Positions 25,267 through 34,399 of a stretch of DNA of 57,706 bases are shown piece after piece. Position 1 is the stretch's first letter. Every line of letters begins with the position of its first letter. The translations under genes and the position numbers were made by a program. The notes under the pieces are model-generated. The model did no database searches, had not been told where the DNA came from, and saw only the letters and a program-made list of their open reading frames with translations. This DNA comes from a virus (Duplodnaviria > Caudoviricetes): positions 1 through 57,706 of IMG/VR virus record IMGVR_UViG_3300032233_002069; one strand, 5' to 3'.

Positions 25267-27093
25267 ATGATTCACGCTGCGGGTATCATGTTCGTGACGG
25301 ACGAGGGCGAAACGCTTCTGTTAAAGCGTGGTCCTGGCGGCGATTGGCCCGGCGCGTGGTGCTTTCCTGGCGGCAAAGCTGAGGGCGACGAAACGCTCGA
25401 ACAGACTGCAGAGCGTGAAACGCTTGAAGAATTGGGCTTTCTGCCTGAGGGCGAAAAGCGCGTCTGGACTCGTCGAATCTCCGATAATCAGATGCCTGCC
25501 TTCCAGACGATGGTGGATCCGACACCGGAAGGCCCTATCAATCCGGTCCCTCCTCTCGGGGATCCGGTGGATTACACCACTTTCATTCAACCCGTAAAAG
25601 AGCGTTTCGTCCCTAAATTGGATGGCGAACACACTGCTTTCGCGTGGTGCAAAATCGACACGCCTCCGGAGCCTCTGCACCCTGGGGCGGCAGTTTCGCT
25701 GCGTCGTATGTTCATGGATGAGCTGGGCGTCGCTAAGGCAATCCGTGATGGTGATCTGACCAGCCCGCAGCAATACGAGAATATTCACCTATTCGCTCTA
25801 CGAATTACAGGCACTGGGACTGCGTATCGCAAGAAGCTGGAAGAATTCGTTTACCGCAAGCCTGAAAATTATTTGACGCCAGACTTTCTAGAACGGTGCA
25901 ATGGTTTGCCGGTCATCTGGGAGCACCCGGATAAAGGCAGACTGGACACTCGCGAATTTGCAGATCGCATCATTGGCATGATACTCTTACCCTATATTCA
26001 TGGGGATGAAGTCTGGGGCATCGCCAAGATCTATGATCAGGATGCTGCAAAATTGATGGCGTCTAAGCAACTTTCTACTTCACCTGCCGTTGTTTTTCGC
26101 GAAACCGATGGTAATGTGCATGCGAAGTTGGAAGATGGGCGCACCCTTTTGGTGGAAGGGAAGCCTAGCCTCTTGGACCATTTGGCCATTTGTGAAGAGG
26201 GCGTCTGGGACAAAGGTGGCGAACCCACCGGAGTCGAACTATCCACCTTTAACCACTCCGGAGAAACCAAAATGTCTGATGAAATCGAAAAGGAACCTGC
26301 TGCTGAGGCACCTCGTGCCGACGCTGATACGGGGACCGGCAATCTCGACAAGTTGCTCATGGGTATCGATGCCCTGTGCGACCGAATCGATGCCATGGAA
26401 AAGCGCATGGACTCGATGATGTCCAAGAAGGACGATGACGAGAATCCTGCTGCTGAAGAGCCGAAAGAACTCGCGGCTGATGATGCTGATGCAGGCGAGC
26501 CGGGCGGCATGAAGGCCGACGAGCACGATTTGCCGCCCATGTTGTCCAAGGACGACGAAGAGGAAGACAAAATGGCTCGCAAGGACTCTGCGATTCGTAC
26601 ACCGGGCATCGACGCGCATATCGCGAAGGAAGTCCGTCGTCTCGCTGGTCTCGTGAGCAAGATGCCAAAGGTCATGAGCGACGATGATTACGCTGCTATG
26701 GCGGATTATCAGGCTCGTGCCGACAGCGTTTATGGCGCTTTCGGTGAACGTGCTCCTGCTCCGCTCCAGGGCGAAACGTCGAATGCCTATCGCATTCGTC
26801 TGGCCAAGGGTATGCAGCAGCACAGCGATGCTTGGCGCGATGTCCCGCTCCGTGATCTTCCTGGCAATGCTCTGGAAATCGCTGAACGTCAGATTTATGC
26901 TGACGCCTCTTCTGCCGCGCGCAGCGCCTCTGGTGTTGCTCCTGGTAGCCTTCGTGCCATCCGCAAGCGTGACGCGGCTGATCGCATGATCACCGAGTTC
27001 GTCGGTGAACCCAGTGCTTGGATGGGCGAGTTCCGGACTGCTCCGCGCTCCATCAACAAGCCTTTCTTCCGTCCGCGTCAGATCGGGGGTTAA
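25267..27093 (+). CDS. NUDIX + DUF2213-like prohead protease + scaffold fusion
   Basis: Nudix box GGKAEGDETLEQTAERETLEELG; LPVIWEHP, LSTSPAV, LDHLAIC..GVWDK; acidic coiled-coil C-terminus. Confidence 0.8.
   Translation: MIHAAGIMFVTDEGETLLLKRGPGGDWPGAWCFPGGKAEGDETLEQTAERETLEELGFLPEGEKRVWTRRISDNQMPAFQTMVDPTPEGPINPVPPLGDPVDYTTFIQPVKERFVPKLDGEHTAFAWCKIDTPPEPLHPGAAVSLRRMFMDELGVAKAIRDGDLTSPQQYENIHLFALRITGTGTAYRKKLEEFVYRKPENYLTPDFLERCNGLPVIWEHPDKGRLDTREFADRIIGMILLPYIHGDEVWGIAKIYDQDAAKLMASKQLSTSPAVVFRETDGNVHAKLEDGRTLLVEGKPSLLDHLAICEEGVWDKGGEPTGVELSTFNHSGETKMSDEIEKEPAAEAPRADADTGTGNLDKLLMGIDALCDRIDAMEKRMDSMMSKKDDDENPAAEEPKELAADDADAGEPGGMKADEHDLPPMLSKDDEEEDKMARKDSAIRTPGIDAHIAKEVRRLAGLVSKMPKVMSDDDYAAMADYQARADSVYGAFGERAPAPLQGETSNAYRIRLAKGMQQHSDAWRDVPLRDLPGNALEIAERQIYADASSAARSASGVAPGSLRAIRKRDAADRMITEFVGEPSAWMGEFRTAPRSINKPFFRPRQIGG
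26272..27093 (+). CDS. Probable nested in-frame scaffold protein
   Basis: GGAG RBS before in-frame ATG at 26272. Confidence 0.55.
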   Translation: MSDEIEKEPAAEAPRADADTGTGNLDKLLMGIDALCDRIDAMEKRMDSMMSKKDDDENPAAEEPKELAADDADAGEPGGMKADEHDLPPMLSKDDEEEDKMARKDSAIRTPGIDAHIAKEVRRLAGLVSKMPKVMSDDDYAAMADYQARADSVYGAFGERAPAPLQGETSNAYRIRLAKGMQQHSDAWRDVPLRDLPGNALEIAERQIYADASSAARSASGVAPGSLRAIRKRDAADRMITEFVGEPSAWMGEFRTAPRSINKPFFRPRQIGG

Positions 27094-27099
27094 TCTACT

Positions 27100-27717
27100 A
27101 TGTCTAATTCTATCGCTTTCAATCCCATGCTGACCACCAACAATTATGGTGGCTTCAGCACTCAATCCAATGGCCTTGTGCAGGGCGTTGCCATGGACGA
27201 TCCGGCGGTGCGTTTCGCGCTCTCCGGTGGCGTTCTCGCGACGGATGAAACTCTGCCGATGTGGGGTGGTGTGGGTATCTACGCTCATGTGCCTCCGGCT
27301 GCTTCCGAGACGCTGGGGACCATCGTTGGTCGTGCGGATAACTACACCGCCTACGATCCCAAGCAGCTCGTCGGCTTCTCGGTGGTCAATCAGGCCACTG
27401 CTTGGCTGACGACTCCGCAGTCTCCGGCGCCGACGGCAGCTGGTGGCATGACGGTTCCGTACTTCCTGTTCGGTTCCGGTGCTCGTATTGCGGTCGATTG
27501 CGACGCGACGCTCGCGGCAGCTCTGCTCGATGGTACGATTGTTCCGGAAGTTTACTGGGACTTCACCAATCAGCAGCTCGTAGCTACTGGCACTGATGCG
27601 ATTCCTGTGAAGGTGCTTCGCGTTCAGGCTGGCAACTCGAAAATCGTGGTATGGGATAACGTCGCCCTGACCGCTACTTACAACAACAGCGGCACCGCCG
27701 CGCTCATCCAGATCTAA
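27100..27717 (+). CDS. Head decoration/cement protein
   Basis: Between scaffold and capsid; strong codon bias. Confidence 0.7.
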   Translation: MSNSIAFNPMLTTNNYGGFSTQSNGLVQGVAMDDPAVRFALSGGVLATDETLPMWGGVGIYAHVPPAASETLGTIVGRADNYTAYDPKQLVGFSVVNQATAWLTTPQSPAPTAAGGMTVPYFLFGSGARIAVDCDATLAAALLDGTIVPEVYWDFTNQQLVATGTDAIPVKVLRVQAGNSKIVVWDNVALTATYNNSGTAALIQI

Positions 27718-27729
27718 GGAGCCGCTGAA

Positions 27730-28752
27730 ATGGCGAATATTACTCCCTCTCGGGTAATGGTCTCCCCGCACTACATGGAACCGGGGAAACTGTTGCAGTA
27801 CAATCAGGCTTCCGGCGCTTTCGACGCTCTGGCGGGTGGCAATCCGCAGGTGCGTCTCGGCGAAGGCGATCTCTACGTTTATATCGATGCTTTCGATATC
27901 CGTACGACGATGGCCGCTGGTCAGACTGAATACAACTCGCTGCCTTCTGTTTCGGTCGTAGCGAAGCAAATCAGCACCCCGACCTACCTGCAGCGCGTTC
28001 GCGCCGAATACGATCACCATGACACTGCTGCGATGTCGCAGTGGGGCGTGTCGATCGTCGAAGCGCAGCGTCTTGGTATGCGCCAGGGCCACTTCCAGCT
28101 GATGCGTTCTGCTCTGCTGTATGGCTTCAATGGCTCGAACGGCGAAGGTCTGCTGAACACCAGCGGCGCCACCACTGCCAATCTCCCGGCTGACAGCAAC
28201 GGTAATACCACTGTTGTCACCTACGACAATGGTCAGATGGCGTTCTTCCTGCTCTCGCAGGTGTCCGCGCTCAAGACCCGCACGATGCAGCTCGGCATTG
28301 GTCACCGCATTGTGGTACTCGGTCCGCAGCGCGTCCTCGGTTCCTGGGAATACCAGGACATCGTGCAGGTGACTCAGTTCCAGCGCGCAGGCGCCGGTAC
28401 TCTGTCCACTGCCGGTGTTGTGAAGGCGGTCGGCGAGATGAACGAGGACGAAATCCTCTGGTGCTACGACGACACGCTGATTGGTAAGGGCGCGGGCGGC
28501 ACGGATGCCGTTCTCATCATCCTTCCGGAAGTGGAGAAGCCTAAGGCCGGTCGTATCAACACGAACGTCTTCGCTGAGCTGTCTCCGGGTCTCGCGGCCT
28601 GCACCCTGCAGTACTGCGACATGGCTGCTCCGCGCGAAATCCCGACTCCGCTCGCGGGTGGGGCAATCGATGTTCTTTCCGAATTGCGTGTGACGTCTGG
28701 CTGGGGCGTTCGTCCTGAAGCCATCGCCATTCTTAGCATGCAATATCAGTAA
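27730..28752 (+). CDS. Major capsid protein
   Basis: 340 aa, LLYG...GEGLLN, SGWGVRPEA; position. Confidence 0.85.
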   Translation: MANITPSRVMVSPHYMEPGKLLQYNQASGAFDALAGGNPQVRLGEGDLYVYIDAFDIRTTMAAGQTEYNSLPSVSVVAKQISTPTYLQRVRAEYDHHDTAAMSQWGVSIVEAQRLGMRQGHFQLMRSALLYGFNGSNGEGLLNTSGATTANLPADSNGNTTVVTYDNGQMAFFLLSQVSALKTRTMQLGIGHRIVVLGPQRVLGSWEYQDIVQVTQFQRAGAGTLSTAGVVKAVGEMNEDEILWCYDDTLIGKGAGGTDAVLIILPEVEKPKAGRINTNVFAELSPGLAACTLQYCDMAAPREIPTPLAGGAIDVLSELRVTSGWGVRPEAIAILSMQYQ

Positions 28753-28759
28753 GAACTCT

Positions 28760-28805
28760 CGGCGCGGGGCAGGATATGTCTCCCGACCTTAAGTCCCGCG
28801 CCGAT
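28760..28805 (+). terminator. Stem-loop after the capsid gene (cggcgcggg...cccgcgccg)
   Basis: 9-bp GC stem; no clear U-tract. Confidence 0.4.
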
Positions 28806-28828
28806 TCCTAACAATCAAAGAGGATCTC

Positions 28829-29350
28829 ATGCCAACCCTTTACGTAGCTAATGCCAGCAAGCAAAAGCACGACTTCATTTATCGCGTTCCTGAGGAAACG
28901 TCTCTCCGGAGGCAACAAATTCCTGCAGGCGGGCAGATCACTGTCTATCAGCCTAATGCACCCATCGAGGTGTTAAAGACGATTGTGGATCAGCATTCTC
29001 GCTATGGTCTCGTCGATGTCGCGGATATCGATCGTCGCAGGCCTTTCGTAGGCGTTTGCTACAGCTTCGACAAGCCCATCAAAGTCGATAAGATCATGCA
29101 GGCTGACGAGCATAACGCAGGTGTGCTGCAACAGGCTAGCCAGGAGGCTCGCAAGCTGTCCGCAGCTGCCTTGCACAATGCCATCGACAGGGCTACAGAG
29201 GGTGCTGTCAAATTGGAATCCCTCGAACTCGAAGTAGTCGAGCAAAATGGCCCGACCGAACCGGGTTTGAATGAACGTGTCATGGTGCACCGGGACGGCG
29301 AAGATGCCCCTCCTCCGCGCCGTAGCACACGGACGCGTAGAGCTACCTGA
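28829..29350 (+). CDS. Head-associated hypothetical protein
   Basis: ORF track, synteny. Confidence 0.7.
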   Translation: MPTLYVANASKQKHDFIYRVPEETSLRRQQIPAGGQITVYQPNAPIEVLKTIVDQHSRYGLVDVADIDRRRPFVGVCYSFDKPIKVDKIMQADEHNAGVLQQASQEARKLSAAALHNAIDRATEGAVKLESLELEVVEQNGPTEPGLNERVMVHRDGEDAPPPRRSTRTRRAT

Positions 29351-29351
29351 C

Positions 29352-29816
29352 ATGCCAGCAGAACCCACTCTAGCAGGCTTCGAGACGTTCATAACAGATA
29401 TCATGGGGATCGACCCTTTATATCTGCCCTCGAATAGTCCGGCCATAGAGTGGGCCTATGCCAATGCCCTGATGATTGTGAACCCCACCCTAGCACTGGT
29501 GGGGGTCCGGTCGCCGATCATGACCACTCTATATGTGGAAGCGGTCTATAATCTCGGCGGCGACAATCTCATCAATTATGCTCCTGATCAGCCTGGGCGA
29601 ATCTACTTCGCTGATCTTCGCCGGAGCATGAACATCACCAGCTTTGCGTCGGGTGTCGTTCAATCGGCATCCGATAGCACCACCTCCGATACACTGGCGG
29701 TGCCCGAAGCGTTGAAGAATCTCACGATTTCTCAATTGCAGAACATGAAGACCCCTTGGGGTCGCAGATATCTGTCGATCGCCCAGACCTACGGCACCAT
29801 GTGGGGTGTGGCATGA
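29352..29816 (+). CDS. Head-tail adaptor (DUF4054-like)
   Basis: KTPWGRRYL motif. Confidence 0.7.
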   Translation: MPAEPTLAGFETFITDIMGIDPLYLPSNSPAIEWAYANALMIVNPTLALVGVRSPIMTTLYVEAVYNLGGDNLINYAPDQPGRIYFADLRRSMNITSFASGVVQSASDSTTSDTLAVPEALKNLTISQLQNMKTPWGRRYLSIAQTYGTMWGVA

Positions 29817-30259
29817 CGAAGCTTCATCTCGGCGTTATAGACATTCCCTACAAAGAAGAATCCCAGACTACAGGGGAAGTGGCCGAGATACTAGAAGCTC
29901 GTTATAAGGTCATGGAGTCCTACTTCGAATCGCACAAGCTCGATATAGCGAAGGCGATGGAGAATTCAGTAGCTGGCGCTCTCGAAAATCTGATGCTCGG
30001 GGGTCCGGTCGATGCGTCGCCTTTCGTCGCTGCCGAGAGCTTCATTGATGCGGATTTTCGTAAATTCCTGTCCAGCAGCGAAATCGAGAAGCTCGGAATT
30101 CCGGGCGTTCCCACTCAAGCTGCACTCGATGGCGTCAGTCACCGGTTCAAAAATCCTCGTTATGTGAAGGTGCGGGGCAAGAAGGTGAAGCGTCCTCGTC
30201 GGCCTTCTTTCATAGACACTGGTCTTTATCAGTCCAGCATGAAGTCGTGGTTTAAGTAA
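29813..30259 (+). CDS. Neck protein
   Basis: RPSFIDTGLY motif. Confidence 0.7.
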   Translation: MTKLHLGVIDIPYKEESQTTGEVAEILEARYKVMESYFESHKLDIAKAMENSVAGALENLMLGGPVDASPFVAAESFIDADFRKFLSSSEIEKLGIPGVPTQAALDGVSHRFKNPRYVKVRGKKVKRPRRPSFIDTGLYQSSMKSWFK

Positions 30260-31212
30260 TGGTGAACGTAGCCGAAAGCGTCGATTCGCAAAGGCCAATT
30301 CGAGCAGCCCTCGATGACGGCATTAATTCGATCTCGGCTGGTCAGGTTGTCACCTTTCAGAAATACGTAAAGAAGATCCTGCCGATTGACGGATATGTGT
30401 TTTGGCTCGCTGGTGAGACTATTAGTGTTCCTGGGTCTTTCCACTATTCCAGCAACACTGACCAGACTGAAGACGAGACTATTGCCATCAATTCCGTGGT
30501 CTTTAACACCACGACGCTGGTATTCGAATTCAATACTATAGACGAGCAGACTCTCTACATCGCTCATTATGACGGGATCCGTTTCGCTTTTTCGAAGCGA
30601 GGTCCCTTCTACGAGCAAGCGGGCGTCTATCACTACGAAGGCAACGCGGTATATTCAGCTCTTGCTACTCAGCTCGTTGAAAACCTATATGACCTGGAAA
30701 ATTACGAGCCTATCGTATCCAATAGCCTGCCTGCTTGGCTGACCATCAAAGAATACAATCCGATTTGGCTCCAGAATAAAAATCCGGGTATTGAGTTGTA
30801 TCCGTCCTATTTGGTCCCATTTAACATCATCCCACCATATGGGGTGGTGCATATAGAGCCATCTAGGACGTCTGCCATTCAGGCAGCGCCTAAGCTCATT
30901 ATTAATTCGACCCATTATCAGCTGACTACCGATAAGGTTAAAATAACCTTTTATGGTCTTACCAATGCTCAGGTGATGGATTTCGTGGATACGGTTAATC
31001 AATATACTGTGGATACGGACGTTTTGGGGATCATGAACATACCTACGGTTCGTGATGAAAAAAGACCTCAGTCCGAAATTCAAGCTATTGCAATGAAGAA
31101 GACAATCGAGTATGATGTAAGCTACTACCAACAGCGCATACGTGATGTCGCGCGCCAATTGATAGAGCAATGCATCGTCGATTACCAAGTTTCGCCCTAC
31201 CAAACCACGTGA
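30259..31212 (+). CDS. Head closure / tail completion protein
   Basis: Synteny. Confidence 0.6.
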   Translation: MVNVAESVDSQRPIRAALDDGINSISAGQVVTFQKYVKKILPIDGYVFWLAGETISVPGSFHYSSNTDQTEDETIAINSVVFNTTTLVFEFNTIDEQTLYIAHYDGIRFAFSKRGPFYEQAGVYHYEGNAVYSALATQLVENLYDLENYEPIVSNSLPAWLTIKEYNPIWLQNKNPGIELYPSYLVPFNIIPPYGVVHIEPSRTSAIQAAPKLIINSTHYQLTTDKVKITFYGLTNAQVMDFVDTVNQYTVDTDVLGIMNIPTVRDEKRPQSEIQAIAMKKTIEYDVSYYQQRIRDVARQLIEQCIVDYQVSPYQTT

Positions 31213-31224
31213 CAGGAGATAGTC

Positions 31225-31617
31225 ATGCCTCAGAATCCGAATCAAGTTTACCCTGCAGTCAGTGGCGGTGTAGCTCGCCCACTGAATAACGATGCCAATG
31301 GTCTGCTCCTGAGCACGATCGGCGGCGATTCCACCACGCTCAACATCACCGCTGCTTCCGTAGTGAAAAACACTGCCGGTCGCATTGCGAAGCTCATCAT
31401 TCTCGCCCCTGGCTCGACTGGTGGTGCCTTCACGATCAACAATTGCGCTGCCACTGGTGCCGCGACGACCGCGAACCAAGTGTTCACGATGCCTTACGAT
31501 TCCACCCTCAATCAAGCCGGTCGCGTGATCGAGCTTGATATGCTTTGCAGCACCGGTATCGTCGTGTCTGCTGTGCCTACAGGTGGTTCTCCGCGCATCG
31601 CGATCACCTATAGCTAA
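31225..31617 (+). CDS. Small structural protein
   Basis: AGGAG RBS, beta-rich composition. Confidence 0.6.
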   Translation: MPQNPNQVYPAVSGGVARPLNNDANGLLLSTIGGDSTTLNITAASVVKNTAGRIAKLIILAPGSTGGAFTINNCAATGAATTANQVFTMPYDSTLNQAGRVIELDMLCSTGIVVSAVPTGGSPRIAITYS

Positions 31618-31651
31618 TTCCCGAATCGTCTCACCCTAGCCGGAGAGAAAA

Positions 31652-33244
31652 ATGCCCAATATTGTAGTCGTCAATGTTACGCAGACTGTCGGGGCAGCTC
31701 CCGCCACTCTGCAAAAATCCGGCGCTCTCATCTCCCAGGGTGGGACGACGACCAGCCCTGGGAATGTGACGCTGATCACGCAGCTTGCGGATCTTTCGGC
31801 CATCCTGAAACAGCCTGAGACCATCGCGACAACCGTTCTCGCAGGAACGACCGTCACGGTCACGACCACGACGCCTCACGGTTATCCGACTGGCATCGAT
31901 ATGATTATGACCATGGCTGGGATCACTCCTGTCGGGTATAATGGCACATATCTCTGCAGCATCACGGGTGCCAGCACCTTCACCTACGACCTGAATCAGG
32001 TGCTCATCCTGGCCTCGGGCAGTGGTGGTACCTACGTTCCAGAGAGTGCGATTGAACTCGAAGCCATGGGCAAGACTTTCTTCGCTCAGGGCGCGAATCT
32101 CTCCTGTTACGTTCTCGAATTGGGTCCGGGTAGCCCTACGGATGGCGTCGCAGCTCTGGATGATTACATTCAGGCGAACCCCAACAGTGATTACACTCCG
32201 GGCGCAGAAGGCTATTTTTACGCCTACGTGGTGCCGAAATCCTGGGATGGAAATTCTTATTTCCTGAATCTTCTGGCGTCATTCGAATCTACGACCGCCA
32301 GGACCTATTTCTTCATCACGACCACGCTCGCTACCTATCAGAGCTACACGGATCTGATGAAGTGCGCATTCACGCTGATCGAGTCGCCTCAATACGGCAC
32401 TTATTTAGCGAATGAATTGACCGATGCCACGTGGACGAGTGGTAAGGTCACGTTCGAAACGACCTCGACCAGTGGCGTTTCGGTCGGTGACTGGTTTACC
32501 ATCGCCGGGTGTACTCCGTCCGAATACAACGGCACGTATCAGGCGTTGGTGGTGGATGGCGTATACATCACCGCCTACTTGGTCGATGATCCTGGTGCTC
32601 TCACTGTTCCTGGCCAGCTTAATCAGAGCCTTTACGGTAATGCAGGGGCGCCTAATACCGAATTCACCGTAGCGTCGTGCTTCTGGCGTCTTCTCAATTA
32701 CTCGCCGACCGCAGCCAATCTGGTCGCTCCTTTCGCTTTTGGTTATACCTATGGTGTGACTCCTTTCCCGACTCGGGGACAGAATGCGCTTCTCACTGAA
32801 TTGAAGGCGGCGAATGTCAACGTAATCGGGACGGGTGCTGAAGGCGGCATCAGTAACACGATCATCCTGTGGGGAACCACCATGGATGGTCACGACATGA
32901 CCTATTGGTATTCGGTCGATTGGGTCCAGATCAATGTCGATTTGGCGATCGCAAATGCCGTTATCAATGGCTCGAACAACGCGCAGAATCCGCTATACTA
33001 TGATCAAAGCGGCATCAATCGGCTTCAGGCTGTAGCTCAGAACGTGATGCGTAATGCTATCGCTTTCGGCTTGGCCCTGTCGCCGGTCACTGTCAATGCG
33101 GTTCCTTTTGCTCAGTATGTTCTGCAGAATCCGACCGATTATCCGGCTGGGATCTACCAGGGCCTTTCTGTGGCGTATACTCCGCAACGCGGGTTCATTC
33201 AGATCGTGTTCTACGTTAACGTCTCGTCCTTCCCGACGGCATAA
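31652..33244 (+). CDS. Contractile tail sheath protein (DUF3383-like) with inserted beta domains
   Basis: WYSVDWVQIN, NPLYYDQSGINRL. Confidence 0.8.
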   Translation: MPNIVVVNVTQTVGAAPATLQKSGALISQGGTTTSPGNVTLITQLADLSAILKQPETIATTVLAGTTVTVTTTTPHGYPTGIDMIMTMAGITPVGYNGTYLCSITGASTFTYDLNQVLILASGSGGTYVPESAIELEAMGKTFFAQGANLSCYVLELGPGSPTDGVAALDDYIQANPNSDYTPGAEGYFYAYVVPKSWDGNSYFLNLLASFESTTARTYFFITTTLATYQSYTDLMKCAFTLIESPQYGTYLANELTDATWTSGKVTFETTSTSGVSVGDWFTIAGCTPSEYNGTYQALVVDGVYITAYLVDDPGALTVPGQLNQSLYGNAGAPNTEFTVASCFWRLLNYSPTAANLVAPFAFGYTYGVTPFPTRGQNALLTELKAANVNVIGTGAEGGISNTIILWGTTMDGHDMTYWYSVDWVQINVDLAIANAVINGSNNAQNPLYYDQSGINRLQAVAQNVMRNAIAFGLALSPVTVNAVPFAQYVLQNPTDYPAGIYQGLSVAYTPQRGFIQIVFYVNVSSFPTA

Positions 33245-33256
33245 GAGGAGCAATAG

Positions 33257-33703
33257 ATGCCCGCTAATCCGCAAATCGCCCAGGGGACGCTTAACAGGCT
33301 CCGGGGCAGTGTTGTTATTCCGGAGTATCCGGAACTGCAGGTAACTGCTCCTTTTCTTGGCCGTCAGGGTATCAGCATCTCGTTTGATGGTGAGACCACG
33401 ACCATGATCCCGACGATGACAGGATCTGTCACGTCTCCTATGCCTTACCAGATGGTAACTGTTACGGTTGCGCTCCTAAAGACGCAATCGCTCGCAGCTG
33501 CCTGGGAGGCACAGCGCCAGGATACCAGTGTTATTGGGGATATCACCATCACCACCGACACTGTTTCGCTGCCCTCTTACACATTCAATAACTGCGCTAT
33601 TGACAACGTGAGAGAGCTGACTTTTTCTGGCGAAGACGCTGGTTACGTTGTGACCATCAAAGGTTATTACCAGATCAATAACAGGCTGTGGAATCTCGTC
33701 TGA
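33257..33703 (+). CDS. Tail tube protein
   Basis: 148 aa directly after the sheath. Confidence 0.75.
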   Translation: MPANPQIAQGTLNRLRGSVVIPEYPELQVTAPFLGRQGISISFDGETTTMIPTMTGSVTSPMPYQMVTVTVALLKTQSLAAAWEAQRQDTSVIGDITITTDTVSLPSYTFNNCAIDNVRELTFSGEDAGYVVTIKGYYQINNRLWNLV

Positions 33704-34272
33704 TGCGGATTGATAAGAGGCTCAATCTAGTCATCGAAGTCGAAACGGAGCAAGGGACGGTTTTCGTCCACAGCACTCCGATTTCGCGCGATGTTTTCGA
33801 GCGTTATTTTTTGATCATCAGCAAGACATTTGCTGCCATCATTAGCGAGGGTCTGAGTTTCATCTCTGGCCCTCGTGTGGCTGCATTGATGCTGAAAAAG
33901 ATAGCTACCGATCTCGGCGTCTGGGAAGGGCGAGACGGGGTGAATAATGGCCTGATGGCGGAGGTCAGAAGGCTTTCCAATGTCGTGATGCCGAGTGAAA
34001 GGGGATGGCAGACCGTCCCGTTTCAAGACGCTATCGACAAGGGACTGCTCGATGAGTCCGATATTGCGGAGGTGGAGGGCCTGATTGCTTTTTTTATCTG
34101 CGCCTCTGCAATGTCCCGGAAAACCGAGATTCAATCAGTCCTCGAAAGGATGGCTTTGTGGGGGTCGTCGATAACGTCGTTGAACTCTACGGCGTTCGCA
34201 GAATCCTTGCCGATATCGATGCCGGAAGAGACTTCTCAGATTCCGGTGAACATCTCGTCAGTGCCGCATTAA
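33703..34272 (+). CDS. Tail assembly chaperone
   Basis: Between tube and tape measure. Confidence 0.7.
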   Translation: MRIDKRLNLVIEVETEQGTVFVHSTPISRDVFERYFLIISKTFAAIISEGLSFISGPRVAALMLKKIATDLGVWEGRDGVNNGLMAEVRRLSNVVMPSERGWQTVPFQDAIDKGLLDESDIAEVEGLIAFFICASAMSRKTEIQSVLERMALWGSSITSLNSTAFAESLPISMPEETSQIPVNISSVPH

Positions 34273-34399
34273 ATTGGGTAGCTGGTGAGGGTTTCCAGGA
34301 ATTCTTTCATCGTCACGATCCAGAATGGAGATGGGAAAGCACACTAGAATTTCGCAATCGGCACATAGTAAAAGCTCTTAAAAGCATTGGGTTGAATCC

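Noticed and set aside
26239-28743. 834-aa antisense ORF over the scaffold/capsid genes
   Set aside because: Mirror of strongly codon-biased sense genes; no recognisable motifs.
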